Positions 32,401 through 45,398 of a stretch of 64,000 nucleotides of DNA are shown here, in pieces. Numbering within the stretch: the first letter of the stretch is position 1; each line of letters starts with the position of its first letter. The notes below the pieces were generated by a model that searched no databases, was not told where the DNA came from, and worked only from the letters and a program-made list of their open reading frames with translations. Source of the stretch: Podarcis erhardii (lineage: Eukaryota); assembly GCA_964252035.1 (NCBI GenBank), contig OZ176211.1. One strand, given 5' to 3'. Position numbers and translations under genes: made by a program.

Positions 32401-35400
32401 AGGCACCACTTTTCCTCCTTAGAAGCCCTGTTGCAACTCATGGTTCCTCCCGGAGATTCAGAACTGCTGCGCAACTATCAGCAGAGGGGAACCCCTCTTT
32501 TCTTAGCTTTTCAACTGGGCTTGAGGTATACAGACATACAGTTGGTGCGTGCCAGATTCCGCCCCAAAGCCCGGGGCCTCTGGAAAATGCCAACAGCGCC
32601 ATCCGAAGCAGGGCCAGTCAACTGTAAATTACTTTAGTTCAACGAAGCGCAAGCCTTGGAAGGAGTTGGTTGCTTCCCAGTGGAAACTTCTACTACTGTA
32701 CAATGGTTGTTTGAGTACACAGTAAACGAATTTGTTGCTTTGAAATGTATATATATTGTAGTTAAGTTTAATAAGCAAATCAAGTGTGCAGCCGCGGCCC
32801 ATTCTTATCAGAGGGAGATTTTTGCCACTGGCCAGGGGCACAATTCAACCGGAATTACTCGTGAGCAGCTCCCCTTCTTGTCCGAAGGGCGCCCAAGCCC
32901 TGGAGGAGGAAGTCTCCCCTGAGTTGAGAACCTGTCCACAAGCGTTGCTTTTGCATCTCTAATGGCAATACAATACCAAACCAAAACCCTTACATTTCCC
33001 ATGCCTCTTGTGCACACCAGATTCGTTCCGAAATTCAAACAAAGCGTTGAAGTAATGTCTTAAGGATGGAGCCCATATTTGCCCAGGAGGTACAGTTAAA
33101 AGAGTTAGCCTAAAACGCCGGTGGAATGAGAGTGCCTTTTTGGCGATTTCTAATAGTGAATTTAGGCATTCGACAACCGCTCTAAAATGTTTTAAAAGAC
33201 TGCCTTTATTCGGTGTAATCTGAGCCCCACTGGATGCAGTGGAAGTCGCCCCTGCCTATTTCCATTTCAATTGGTCAGGATCTCACCCCACAGCAGATAT
33301 ATTTAATCAAATAAATTTCCTGCTGAAATATTTCTCCATAAGCACACAGTCTTGTCCTTTAAACATGTCGAAAATCACAAACCCTAATTAAAAACTAATA
33401 GAAGCGGTGTGTTTTGTTAATTTTTCGGACTGGCTATATAAATTTATCAACCTAGCTTCCTTCCCCTCCTCCGCCCTCAATGCGGAAGCAAGTTCATTTC
33501 CATTCTTCCCCCCACCCCGCGACACACACGCACACCCGAGATGAGAGATTTCTCCCGGCTGCCAGGATTTTAAATACGATGTGTCAGGATGCGAAGCCAA
33601 TGTTGTTTTAGCAGACAAGTGGTAATAACAAAACTATTTATGCAAGCCCATTAGAGCAGCCGCAGGAGGAACCCTGACTGGTAGTTAAAATTTCTGAGCC
33701 AGAAAATTAAAAACAAATATTTAACTTTGCAATTTTGAACCCACGGCTGCAACCGCGGTTAAACTTTTACAGTGCATATTCAATGAGCGACTTCCCCGGC
33801 CCCTTTTAGAGTACCCAGGGGAAGTGGCTTGGATGCGGTTTCAAAAGGGATTCCTCCTAGATGCGCTCAATCCCCCTCCCTCGCGCGCAAGGGCAAGCTG
33901 GTGTGGCAATGTGAAAGGTTCAGGCACTTTAATGATGGAAAAAGCAGAGTATTTGGTGGAACCAGTTCTTTTAAAAATAAATATAAAATTGGGCAATTAA
34001 AAAAAAAACTTAGGGATCCAAACTTTGCCCCTTGGGTCCCTGAATTGTGTGGGTTTCCGCGCGCCCCCTTCCCCATAAGGGGCAACAAGAAATGAAATGT
34101 CATCAGTAGGTTGATGCCCCAACAAGAGTCCTGAAAGTAAGAGCAGCGGGGCTGAATGTAGCAGACATCCAATATTCATAGGTCTCTGGATGTGCACACC
34201 CCATCGCGGGTGGGGGGGGGGGAATTGGAGTAAGGGTTGCCGTTTGATAGCCCGCGCTCCAACAGAGTCGTCCTTATTACTTCGCCACACACTTGATCGT
34301 AATCCCTATTGATAAGTTCTTCGCCCTGCCAAGGCAAACCTACTGTATCGACCCCAGCCGCAGTTCAGTAGTATCGACAGAACCCGCCTGCTGCTCAAGG
34401 CAAGCGCCTCTGCTCGGACCGGGTGAGCCCCATTCGCTTCTAGACGTTCCCCAACTTTATGGCGGCCCTTTCCCAAGGAGCGGCATCGATTTTATTTTGC
34501 TCAGTAAAAGTATCGGGTCGTTATCCTCGTCTCTCTCTTTCTCTCCCTCTCCAGTGCTGTTCAAAAAGCAAAAGAGCGGTTCACCATCTTCACAAAATAA
34601 TGGATTCAAGAGGATGGCACTCGGTGCCTTCTCAAAGCGAAGGTCTTAGATTTTATCTTCTCACAAATGACTACGTTGTACATCTCCAGCCTCTTTTTGT
34701 CGTCTCGTGTCATAACACGGTTAAATGTGACCAAAGAAACCGATTTATTTCCAATGAACCGACTGAAGCTGAATCCAGCTGTTTAAAGGGACGATTAACT
34801 GTCCGGATGCATACTTTGCATCATAATTTTGCCAAGTTCCACTCCTTTGTAGACAAACAATGAAGAAAAAATCAAAATAAAGAACCAAATCTAGTGAAAG
34901 CCAAACACTTTTAAGTGTTTTTAAAGGGAAGGTTAGGCGTTCCCTAGGAGTCCATAGGAGACTCCAAAGTTCCTAACTATCCAAATTTCCTAAGACACAC
35001 CCTAGCTATCAGGTCAATTGTTATTTTTATTCAGCTTTCCTGCTTTATTAACATGTACATCGTTCGTATTTGTGAATCCAATCAGCAAAAGGAAGCATAA
35101 AAGCTGATTAATTTTTTGTCTGAAACAACGCCAGAGATTCTTCTTTCAGCTGAGCAGAAAAAGGTTTACTTAGGTCAGGAACGATAGGAGGAAATGGGCA
35201 TTATTTTCTCTACCCTCCCCAACATGAGCGTAGCCAGGATTTATGTTGGGGGGGCAGAACCTCAGTTAATTATTTTGTATTGATTTACACTGGGGCAGCT
35301 GCCCCCCTTGACTATGCCCATGCCCCCCAGCATGTAGTACCATATTCCTTCCCCATGATTGGCTGATAGTCCCTCCTCTTCCTCCAAAATCAAGGCTGCT

Positions 35401-38400
35401 GCTGAGCACGGTGGTTACTTCCGAGTAAACCTATCTAGGGTGCCTCTGTGTCATTGCCGCACTGATAATAAAGCAGAGGGATAAATCAAAATATGTACGC
35501 TCAGAAGCAAGTCTATGGGATTCTATGGGAGTTCAGTTGCTTACTCGCAGGTAAGTTGGTACAAAGTTGCAGGCTGTCTTGAATAAAAAATCAATTATTG
35601 GAACTATACAGAACTTGGGAAGTATTGGCGAGGGGAATTCGAAGTGAAGGGGGAAATGCTTGGAAGGGGGGGGGCGTGGCATTCTGAAATACTGGACTGG
35701 GATCACCTGTGGCCCGGAGTGGCCTCGCCCACACTTAAGCCTTCTCCACCTAACCAGATCCGCGCGTGCAAGTGGCAACGTGGTCAGGAAATGCGCCTAC
35801 ATTTGTGGCCCAGGAGGGCAGTGAAGGCCAATGAGGGATGGAAATGAGGAAGCCAGCTGTCTGCAGGAGAGGAGAGAACGTGGACTGGTGGGTTCATAGA
35901 TAGAGAAAAATTGATCCATCTCTCGTTGTCTCCAACTGCCCCCAAATCCGGAGCTCGTCCGATCGACCCCCGTGTCATCCTCGGCCTGGCTCCTCAGGTA
36001 GGGCCTGTCGGGGAGAGGAGCTGGAGCTGCTGGGGGGGGGGGGCGGCGGTGTCAGATAAAGACGTCCGTCAATCCGAGGCCTCGGGACGGGCTGACAGAG
36101 CAGGCCGCGGCGCCGTGACCCTGGCCAGCTTTGTCCCCGCGACGCGCAAAGCTCCCCGGCTTGGCAGGAGAGAGAAAATTAAAATGTCACCCATAGTATT
36201 GAACTTGGAGCCAGAAAGCCGGGCGAGGATGACGGCGCTGCTCAGGGAGGACGGGGGAGATGCGCGCACCTGCGGCAGGTGGGGAGGGGGCTGGGGGCCA
36301 TCCATTGGGGTCGGTGGGGAAAGATGAATGGGGCGGCGGCTGGCTTGCGCTATCTGAGAGCTTGCGCGCAGCTCTGACTTTTGCCAAATGTTGCCCCCAG
36401 CAGTCAAGCGTCTCCAGCAAGGAAAGCAGCCGGAGGGGGGAGCCACCTAGCCCGAGTTGCTCGAGGGTGTTGTCCGGCGCAACGAAGGAGAACTGCGTCT
36501 CTCTCCTTTGCTACAGGCCCCAAGAAGGTAGGTACGTGAGCAGGTACACAGGTCGGTCGGTGTGCTAACCGAGGCACTCCGAAATGGCGCAAGCCCATGG
36601 CAGCAAGAGTTAATAAAGGGGAGACGGAGACGCCGCAGCAAGTTGGCTGTAAGTTCCGCGGGGAAGTGGGTTCAGGATGGCAAGGGGATACCTATATATC
36701 TCTCTTCTTTCCCCGGACTCCTTGAAGCTCTTTAAACCGGATGCGAATTTGCATCAGCTCGCTCCACTCTCCATTTGCGGATGATAACTTTGACCTGAGT
36801 TGGCCTCCCCTGAGCTGGCTAGGGAAAATCATTCCCAGGCCGTGGGGCTGGGCCCGTGGTCCGCCTGTACCGTTTGCACCCCACGTAAATTGGTTTGTAT
36901 CCCGATCCTACTCGTTTCCTCAAGGCAAGGAGGAATTAAGCACGTCTTACTTCCGAGTAAGCGTGTTAATAGGACTGGGCTGGAATAATGTTGACTATGT
37001 GGATTATTGGGGTCGCAGCTGAAAATTGAACTCACTGGGTGGTATCCGACAAACCCATTCTCAGAGTAGACCCACTGATTTAAATTGACACATAGATTTC
37101 AATGGGTCTTCTCTGGGATTGACTCTGTTGAATGACACCGGGAATATATTAAAGGCCACTTGGTTTGATTCGCACATTTATTATCCCATATATCATCACA
37201 ATGTTCGCTATAGAAAATAAAAACACCAGTATAAAACCTTTCTGAAACAGCAAGCAAACGTGTCTTTGTCAGGGCCACTTATGTACTTTCAGATACATTT
37301 ACCCTCCTGCAAACATAAATTTTCCATTTTTTTCGCCGTATTCTAAACCATTACTTGGAAGTAAGACACAGTGGTTGCAACGGGTATGTGTAAACCGCCC
37401 TGGGGTTGTTTATGTCGGCAGGCAGCATCGAAATTTCTTGCATAAAATGAAGAAACAACTTCCAAACAAACCCGCTTACAGTCGAGGCCCAAAATGCACA
37501 AGTGTCATCGGAAGTCCCATTTCTTACAGATAAACTTAGTCGGAAGCAAAGGTGGGGCTGCCCTAAGGATGTCTACTCAGAAGGAAGTCTCACTAAATTC
37601 TTCGTGACTTACTTCCTAGGAAGTGTGAGTAGAATTGCAGCTTCGCCGCGCTATCCTATACAGGCCTACTCAGAAGTAAGCCCCATTGAATTCAGTGGTA
37701 CTTACTTCCAGGTGACTACAGCCAACGTCACTTTATTTGGATGCAGTTTAAGTTGGACATTTATTTCTTTTTCCAAAATTATGCGGCGTGAAACGTTCGA
37801 AATATTTAGTCCCACATACCGTTTTATTTACGTAAATTCAAACAGAAACAAAGATTATTATTACAGGGGGGAAATTGTTTAAAGACACGAAGTTCTGAAG
37901 GAAAGCATCCGCTTTTTCATCTGAGAGAGAGAGGTAGGATATCTCGCCCGCCCGCGACCATTAGATTTCATCGGTCTGCCTTCTAAATTTCCAGCTGGGA
38001 GTTAAACTGCAAGCAACCAAAACAATGACGACAAGTGCGGTGCGGATCCCACTTTGCAGGGTTTCTGGAATTCTTAACTGAAGGCCTCCTCTTGCCCTAA
38101 CAGCGAACGGCCGCCAGGGGGCAAAGAGGCATCCACAAAGGCCCAACGAGCCAATCCCCTGGGCTTCTCTCTGCAGACAGCGTTTTTAAAAACATGCTCT
38201 GGTTGCAAAGGTCTTCTTTTCTATTTGCAAAGGATTTTCCGCTCTCGCTCCCTATCCCCCCCCCCCCGCCAAAATAAATAAAAACGAAATAAAAATATTT
38301 TCCTTGGGCACAGAGAAACGCTGTCCTAGGCACCCACAAGCATGTTCAGACGGAAGCAACGCTAGGCACTTTCCTGTCTGCAGCTATATAACACATTAAA

Positions 38401-40120
38401 TAAGAATGATATTCAAATATACCAGATCATATCCCTAGCCATTTATCCTACTTACCTTGTCGAAATATTTAACCTATGATCTCCGTGCATTCTAATGACA
38501 TACTTCTGAATGGACGTTTTACAGGATACACATATTGCTTTAAGCTTTCTCTCCTTCCTTCCCTCTCTCTCCCTCTCTCCCTTTTCAGTCGGCATAGCTC
38601 AAGAAAGCTGGGGAAGGGTCTCTTCCTTGGGGCAGTGGTGGTGCAGGCTTGGAGGTCTTAAGAATTATGGAGCCTGCGAGGCTAGACAGAATCCAAATGA
38701 AACCACTCAAGGGAAACTTCGCTGCAGACAAAAACACACACGTACGCAGACCACATTCAATTCCCTGCCTCCTCTTCCCCCCCTTGACTTATTTGGTTTG
38801 GCGGTCGCCCGTTGCAGAAGCCAAACAGGGAAATATCCTTCACACCAGCTCATAAGGAGCCTGGCTGGAGGAAACCCCGCTTTCCCACCCGTACTCCTCT
38901 CCTTCTGGGTTGTTAAAATAAACCATTCGGAAGAGCGTTTTGCAGGAGATGCATCTCTCCTCACGCCGCCCCCGCCCGGCTTCCTTGCCAACTGGAGCAT
39001 TACGAGCCAGGCGCATTTTTGCAGACAATGAAGTCCACAGTGCTGCTGAAATGGGCCACCTTCTGTCTTTTCCCCAGGAAGAGGGCACTGCTTTCCTCTC
39101 TCCACACACCCCTAACACCCCCCCCCGCACGTCTCCACTTCCACCTGTCCAGGGGTGCCAAGTTGAATAAAATATTGCGGTGGGGGGGGGCAGGTGAGCC
39201 TCGTCCCGCATAATCGATCACATGACGCAGTGCACACCCACCCTTTGAATGGCAATGCCCATCAATTTTGGAGGGGAGCCCTCAAATCGTTTATTGGGGC
39301 GCGGGGGGGGGGCGAACGGATCTCGACCCCTAGGAGTTGGCTCCTATGGTGTGCTTTTGCTCTCGCCTGGCATTTCTTGGTTAACTTAACAGGAAGCTGG
39401 GCGCGGTATGAACTTGGAGGTTTCGCAGGGATGGAACTAGCCGGTGGTTGGGTGGTGGTTTTTCTTTGGGAGCGGGCTGTGTGGGGAGGGTTGCCTTGTT
39501 TTAAAAGCCGCCCAACAATGGCGATGGCCAGAGTGGAGCTGGGCTCGGCCTTTTCTGCGGGTTCACGAAGCGTTAAAGCTTTATCGAACAAAACAGCTCC
39601 GTCTGACCCCGGCCAGACAAAAGGCAACTTCCACGCCCCGCCCCGCCCGCAAACGTCAAAAGAGCGGGCCAGGAAGAGGGAAGGAGGCGACGGCGAGCGA
39701 CCAGGGACAGGCCGGCTTCCCTTACTGCCTTAAGGGCGACCTAGTCTCCTCCTTCGTCTCCTCCTCTTCGCTTCGACTTGTGGTGGGAACTGCGGCCCCT
39801 CCTCGCCCTGGGCGCGAGTGTGGACGAAGAGGCTACCTGGCTCCTTCCTTGCTCCTTGCCCAGCCAAGGCTGCCCCACAGCTAGAAACTGGGCTAGTTCC
39901 AGGTCTCCCTGCCCCCAACAGCTCCCTCACTTGAAGTAATAATTGGCTTCATTAAGGCCAGCCAAGGGGGAGGAAAAGGGCGCCAACGCAGCCCTTTCTT
40001 CCCGCCTCAGCCGGCGGCCTGAGCGCCAAGCAAGCCCGCTGGGGAGCCTCTTCCTCGGGCAGCCTGGGCCGGGTGTCACGAAAGGGCAACAAATTGTGGC
40101 TGCAGCTTTAAGGGAAAGAG
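29420..40120. promoter_or_regulatory. Large orphan CpG-rich domain (cluster of CpG islands, TE-poor, no supported CDS)
   Basis: CpG dinucleotides persist across about 11 kb, including AT-rich parts, unlike the CpG-depleted flanks; densest at about 30.4-32.3, 35.6-36.9 and 38.9-40.1 kb. Confidence 0.8.
35223..35322. mobile_element. Short hAT-like MITE
   Basis: Termini catgagcgtagcc / gactatgcccatg; degenerate 8-bp TSD ctccccaa versus ccccccag. Confidence 0.6.
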
Positions 40121-40429
40121 GCACCTGTGGGGTTTTCTGCCTCCAATATTCTGCACCTGATGGTGGTGGCACTCAGGTGTGCTGCAATTTATTATTTAAA
40201 TGTTCATAAACCAGCTTAAAACATTGCCTCAAATGCTTATGCTCATGCTTGTTATGTTTCCATTTTCACACAAGTTCCTGTTTGTTTCTTTTTAAAAATT
40301 ACTTATTTACTTGTTTATAATCCACATTTTCATAAAAATATACCCATATAATATATATAACAGAATAGTGAAATCGGCAAAAGGCATCCATAAAAATTAG
40401 TAAATACTGATTGGTTAAAAAGAGAAAAT

Positions 40430-40732
40430 TCATATTGCAAAGGCTTGCCTAAACAGATGTTCAAAGACATCAGAAAGAGGAGACTGATCCTGCCTGCTGC
40501 ACCTCTACTGGTAGGGCAGGGCCTGCCACGCTAAAGGCCAGCTTTAGTGAAGGCCAGCTGAACCTCGGGGTGGAGAACCACCAGAAGTGTCCCATCGGAT
40601 CTCAGTGTTTGAGGTGGGGCAACAGGAAACAAGAGGGTCCTTAAGGTACTTTAGGCTCAAGTGGTTAGGGCTTTGTGAATTATCCCAAATACCTTGAACC
40701 TGGCCTGGTAGCAAATTGGCAATCAGTGCAGT

Positions 40733-40768
<36 letters not shown>

Positions 40769-40890
40769 CTATGAGCAGTCTGGCTGCTGCATTCTGCACT
40801 GCAGCTTCCTCACCAGATACAAGGGCAGCCCCACATAAAGAATGTTATTGTAATCAAGCCTTGAGGTTATCAGTGCACATGTACATGACT
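40430..40890 (-). mobile_element. L2 LINE 3' fragment, interrupted by (CT)n at about 40733-40762
   Basis: aaaggcttgcctaaacag...ataccttgaacctggcctggtagcaaattggcaatcagtgcag...tgtaatcaagccttgaggtt is typical of reverse-oriented reptile L2. Confidence 0.65.
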
Positions 40891-42562
40891 ATTTATTTAA
40901 TTTATTTGCTTTCTAGCTGCTATTTGCTCTACAGCAATGGTTTCCAATTGGTGGTCCCAGGCACCATTCACAACAAAAGCTATCATAGAGATATCATATA
41001 TTTTTTTGAAAAATGGGGTCCATGGCTTAGCTTTTGAAAAACAGGGGGTCTGCAGTACTTAACTAATTGGGAACCATTGCTCTACAGGAATCCCTGAAGT
41101 AGATTGCCTCAAAAGTAAGTCATATACATTTACACTGGAGCTGTTTCTAGATCTTCACCCTCAGACACCTAGCATGGCTCTAGGATAGTATATCCCCAAC
41201 CCTATTAGGCCATTGTTCCCATCACCTTTTGTTCTATTACACTCCTATTTTGTGTTCTGTTGCCACACTGCACCCTTTTTATTCCCACTTTTTATTCCTA
41301 TCTGTCTACGGGCAGATAGGAATGAAATACTAACAGCAGCCATGCTGTTTCAGGGGAGCTGCTGAGTGATAGCAGGTAGAGGTTCCATTGCCTGGCTGTA
41401 TGCTTCTCATTTACTTCCCCCTCCGGATGACAGGTCTTTTCCCTGTGCAAAAGCATAAATGGAGGAGCCCGGTATAGCGTATACATCTATACATATGCAA
41501 TGCTAGCTATGCTTCTATAGTCAAACTCATACATAAACACACTATCATGTAACATTTTGCGTCTATAATCCCCCAAGGGTCTATTTTGCAATTCATATGT
41601 GTCTGTTACATCATCTTTAAATGCACTCTCAAGAATTCAGCTCAGCTCTGCCGGAGAAGGATTGTGCGGTGCTCTTGAGAGCAGCAGCCTTTCCTCGGGG
41701 CTCACATGCCACCTACTGACCCATGCAGAATCTTGGTCCCTTCAAGACCAAGAGAGTTCAAGCTGCCTCCCCTTGCTTGGCTTGAACAGAGGCACCCAGC
41801 CTGCCCTAGAGTTTAGTCCAGTTTCTACTGATCTTTGAAAAACACACATATTTGACTGCAACTTCTCAGAACCAGTTGGCAGTTATAAAGTTTTAGGATG
41901 TTTTCATAAAGTATTTGAAATATGCTTGAGAACTGTATAGAAGAGAAGGTAGACATTCTAAGCTTTGTTCTCTCTACAGTACAGGGCTGGCTCTACCATT
42001 AAAATAAGGTGGCCACCTCAGATGGCAGATGCTGAGGGATGGAGAGTAGATTCTGTTGTGTGAGCCTTCCTGAACTAAGTCTTGGGTGTGGTGGAAAATT
42101 CTGTCCCATTCCTAAGGGTTGAAGTAAGATTAATTTGCCAAATTGGTTCGCTTTGTATACAGAATAGAGAGGACATCATTGTCCATTTCTGGCAACAAAA
42201 TGTGTTGACTCAGCCCTGCCATAGTATATCTGAAGGAAGTTTTTAACCAGGCCAAAATGATGAGTAGCAGAAGTCATAAAGAGCGATGGCAGAGTAGCCA
42301 AAGGCTCTAGCTTAATTTGAAGGCAAACAAACTGATTTCTTTCTCTTTTCTTTTGTTTAATCTTATGATCTTTTAAAATGAACCGGTAACTTTTCAATAT
42401 GTGGGAGATAAAACTCTGCAATCAGTTTTTGTCATCAGGGTTTTAGATCACTGTATCTCAAGCACTTAAGCAAATTAATTTTATCATCATCTCCCTTTTG
42501 TGCTCACAATCCAGTAAAATAATGAGCTCTAAAACGTTGGTTTCCATTTTGCCCATGTGTAT

Positions 42563-42690
42563 GAGCCAATGTGGGGTAGTGGTTAGAGTTTCAAACTAGG
42601 ACCTTGGAGACTCGGCTTCAAATTTCCACTCAACCATAGAGCTTACTGAATAGCCTTGGGCCAATCACTACATCTCAGCTTAAACTCATC
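42563..42690 (+). mobile_element. MIR-like/Squam3-type SINE
   Basis: gagccaatgtggggtagtggttagag...ggcttcaaatttccactcaaccatagagctt. Confidence 0.65.
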
Positions 42691-45030
42691 CAGCAATAGC
42701 TTAGAAAATCTCCAAGCTATCCACTGCTCTGTCCAACTATTTCAAGACCCTTTATTTGTATTTAATATCTAAACAATTCCTTGCAGGCTGTGTTCTTCCC
42801 ACAATTTAAAAAGCAGCACATATGTAATTCTGTTTATTACAAGTTGCAGGGAACACTGTGTTTGTCCCCTGCAGCAAGACTACCCTCAGCCATTACATGG
42901 GAATGAGATATTGTGCTACTGGCACCAGATCAGGGCTTGTGGGGGTATCATGCCAGAAAAGCCTTTTAAAAGGCTGGTTGGTGGTGACAGTGTGATTTTA
43001 ATGGGGCATGTGAAACATCCAACAATGTGCAAGTCGTTTTGAGACACCTTAGTGTAAAAACGCAACAAATAAATATGAACAACACCACTTATAAAATTTG
43101 CAACAGAGTCTTGCACACTGAGCTTGGGGGTTTGGATGTGTGGTGTCTTTTACTTTGTTTTTGCTCTTCCTTTTAAAAACATTGATACTGATATTATACC
43201 ATAATCTGCACTCCCCATGAAGCACAATTGGTTCCAAACTATATCCTAACTATAAATGGTGTTCAACTGAGTCAAATAAGAGGAGCACTGCTCACCACCC
43301 AGGAGCTTTCAGTAGAGTTTCCTCAGTTCAGACTCTGCTGAAACCTTCCTGACTTCACCATCATAATGCGCTTCTGTGCCATCATAGATTTTAATGGGGT
43401 TTTTAAGGCACAACCAAAGGCAAAATATGTCCTGTTGGTCTGATTATATAATTAGACTCAACACTGTCAAGCAGAGTTTCAGCAGAGAAGCTATGTGTTT
43501 TTATTGTCAATATCATTGATTTCCTACCCTGGTTAATCCCAGCTCTTAGCTGCACCATTGGATGCATACTTACCGTAGATGCTCTGCAGTGGGGGCAATA
43601 CCTGTTCTAAAAGCTGCTTTTTATTAATTTAATGGCACTTGGGTGGGGTCTTCAACACAAGATACTTTAGGAAATATAACACACACACAAATCTTTTAAT
43701 TCTTAAAGAAGTCTCCTTTTTGTGCATCCTTAAAAAGCAGTTAAAGGCAATAGTTATTTAGACTTCTAAACAATGTGTGTTGGATTTCATGGTCTTATAT
43801 AGGTTTGCCTTCTTTTCCTTTCCCTATACAAGTCTTGTGGATGCATAGTCACTATTCAAATAATGTATGCAAGTTTTTAAGGTACAGAAAAGGCTGAGGG
43901 TGGGTGCTACATCTTATTTTTCAAATATATTCAGGAATTGGTAGGAGGAAAACCAGCTGTAACACCAACATCTACAGTCAATGTTTGGTTAAGAGCCCCC
44001 TGATGATTCTGACACTAGCAACTGGACCTCCAAAATAGGATCTAGAAATTTGTTTAAATCAACGGCACTCAGAGCAGCATTGGGCATCTGTTTACATGCC
44101 ACTGGTATTTCCGTGTGTCAGCCTTAGAGTTACCCATCCCAGTGCCACATTGTGATGGGCTGGGAGAAAAATGTACAAATGCAAGTTGTTTTCATCTAAT
44201 AAAAGTTCTGTTGAATTCTTTTCAGTGAAACGCATGCAGATGCAGTCAGCCTTACAGTCAGCTGAGACACAAAATGCATAACCATTCTTGGAAGACTGCC
44301 TTATTTATACAATGTCTTTTTTATACAATAGGCAATAAAATCATTTATTATTATATTAAGGTTAGTAATTCTGTACAATATTGTTTTTAAAAAATCTGGA
44401 AAAGTCTCCTCTATTCCCTTTAAAAGCAACCATTGAGGTATCAAGTTGTGTTAGCCATAATTCTTAATCCCTTGTCCCTCATGACTGGGAAGTTGTTTAT
44501 ACAAATTTCATTGCTCTGAAGGTGGGGGGGGGGGGCCAGTCTTTCCGCATGGGCAAGGATGTGATTAAATGAATGGCGTCAAAATAGCCTGAGCAGATCC
44601 ATTGAAACCAGATACTGATTTAAACAAGCTGAGCAGTCATTTCATAAACTTTCTCTTAAACTTTGGTTTACTTTTTATTATTACTCAATAAACTACACAT
44701 TTTAACTTATTTACCAAGTGAAATAAAATCAGTGGCTGACATTCAACATTACTTACTTAAGGAAAATGAGCTTGACTAATTATGGCTTCTACCCCTGATG
44801 TCTCTGGTAACATCACAGAAATAGTAAAAATTGCACAAAGATATTTACATAATAGTGATGGTGGTGGCTCATCAGCATGCTTTGCATCCATTGCCTTGAG
44901 TGGGTACTTGGGGTGCTGAGTGTTACACTGTTACAAGAGTGAAGGCTTTGCCTCTCTCCTTCAGGACTGCTTCTCCTTGTTCTCAAATCATTTTTATTTA
45001 AGTACTTTTAAAGTGATATTTTTATGACTA

Positions 45031-45398
45031 AAGGTAAAGGTAAAGGTACCCCTGCCCGTACGGGCCAGTCGTGTCCGACTCTAGGGTTGTGCGCCCATCT
45101 CACTTAAGAGGCCAGGGGCCAGTGCTGTTCGGAGACACTTCCGGGTCATGTGGCCAGCGTGACGGAGCTGCTCTGGCGAGCCGGCACCAGTGCAGCACAC
45201 GGAAACGCCATTTACCTTCCCGCTATAAAGTGGTACCTATTTATCTACTTGCACTTAGGGGTGCTTTCGAACTGCTAGGTGGGCAGGAGCTGGGACCGAA
45301 AGACGGGAGCTCATCCCGCCGCGGGGATTCGAACCGCCGACCATGCGATTGGCAAGCCCTAGGCGCTGAGGTTTTACCCACAGCACCACCTGCGTCCC
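45031..45398 (-). mobile_element. Sauria (Squam1) SINE, full length
   Basis: Minus strand starts gggacgcaggtggtgctgtggg, has B box ggttcgaatcc and ends (cctttac)n; 13-bp TSD atttttatgacta at 45018-30 and 45418-30. Confidence 0.93.

Noticed and set aside
34090-34190. Small hairpins (catca/tgatg; acatcca/tggatgt) as a structured ncRNA or pre-miRNA
   Set aside because: Stems of 5-7 bp are too short and are expected by chance; no family motif.
29420-40120. EN2 (or any homeobox gene) as the explanation for the CpG domain
   Set aside because: No homeodomain (WFQNKRAK) or EH1 (TNFFIDNIL) peptide in any listed ORF or in my reading of either strand; EN2 should lie beyond the window end.
43325-43490. 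12-bp inverted repeat ctctgctgaaac / gtttcagcagag
   Set aside because: Probably the ends of an old MITE; no TSD or other support.
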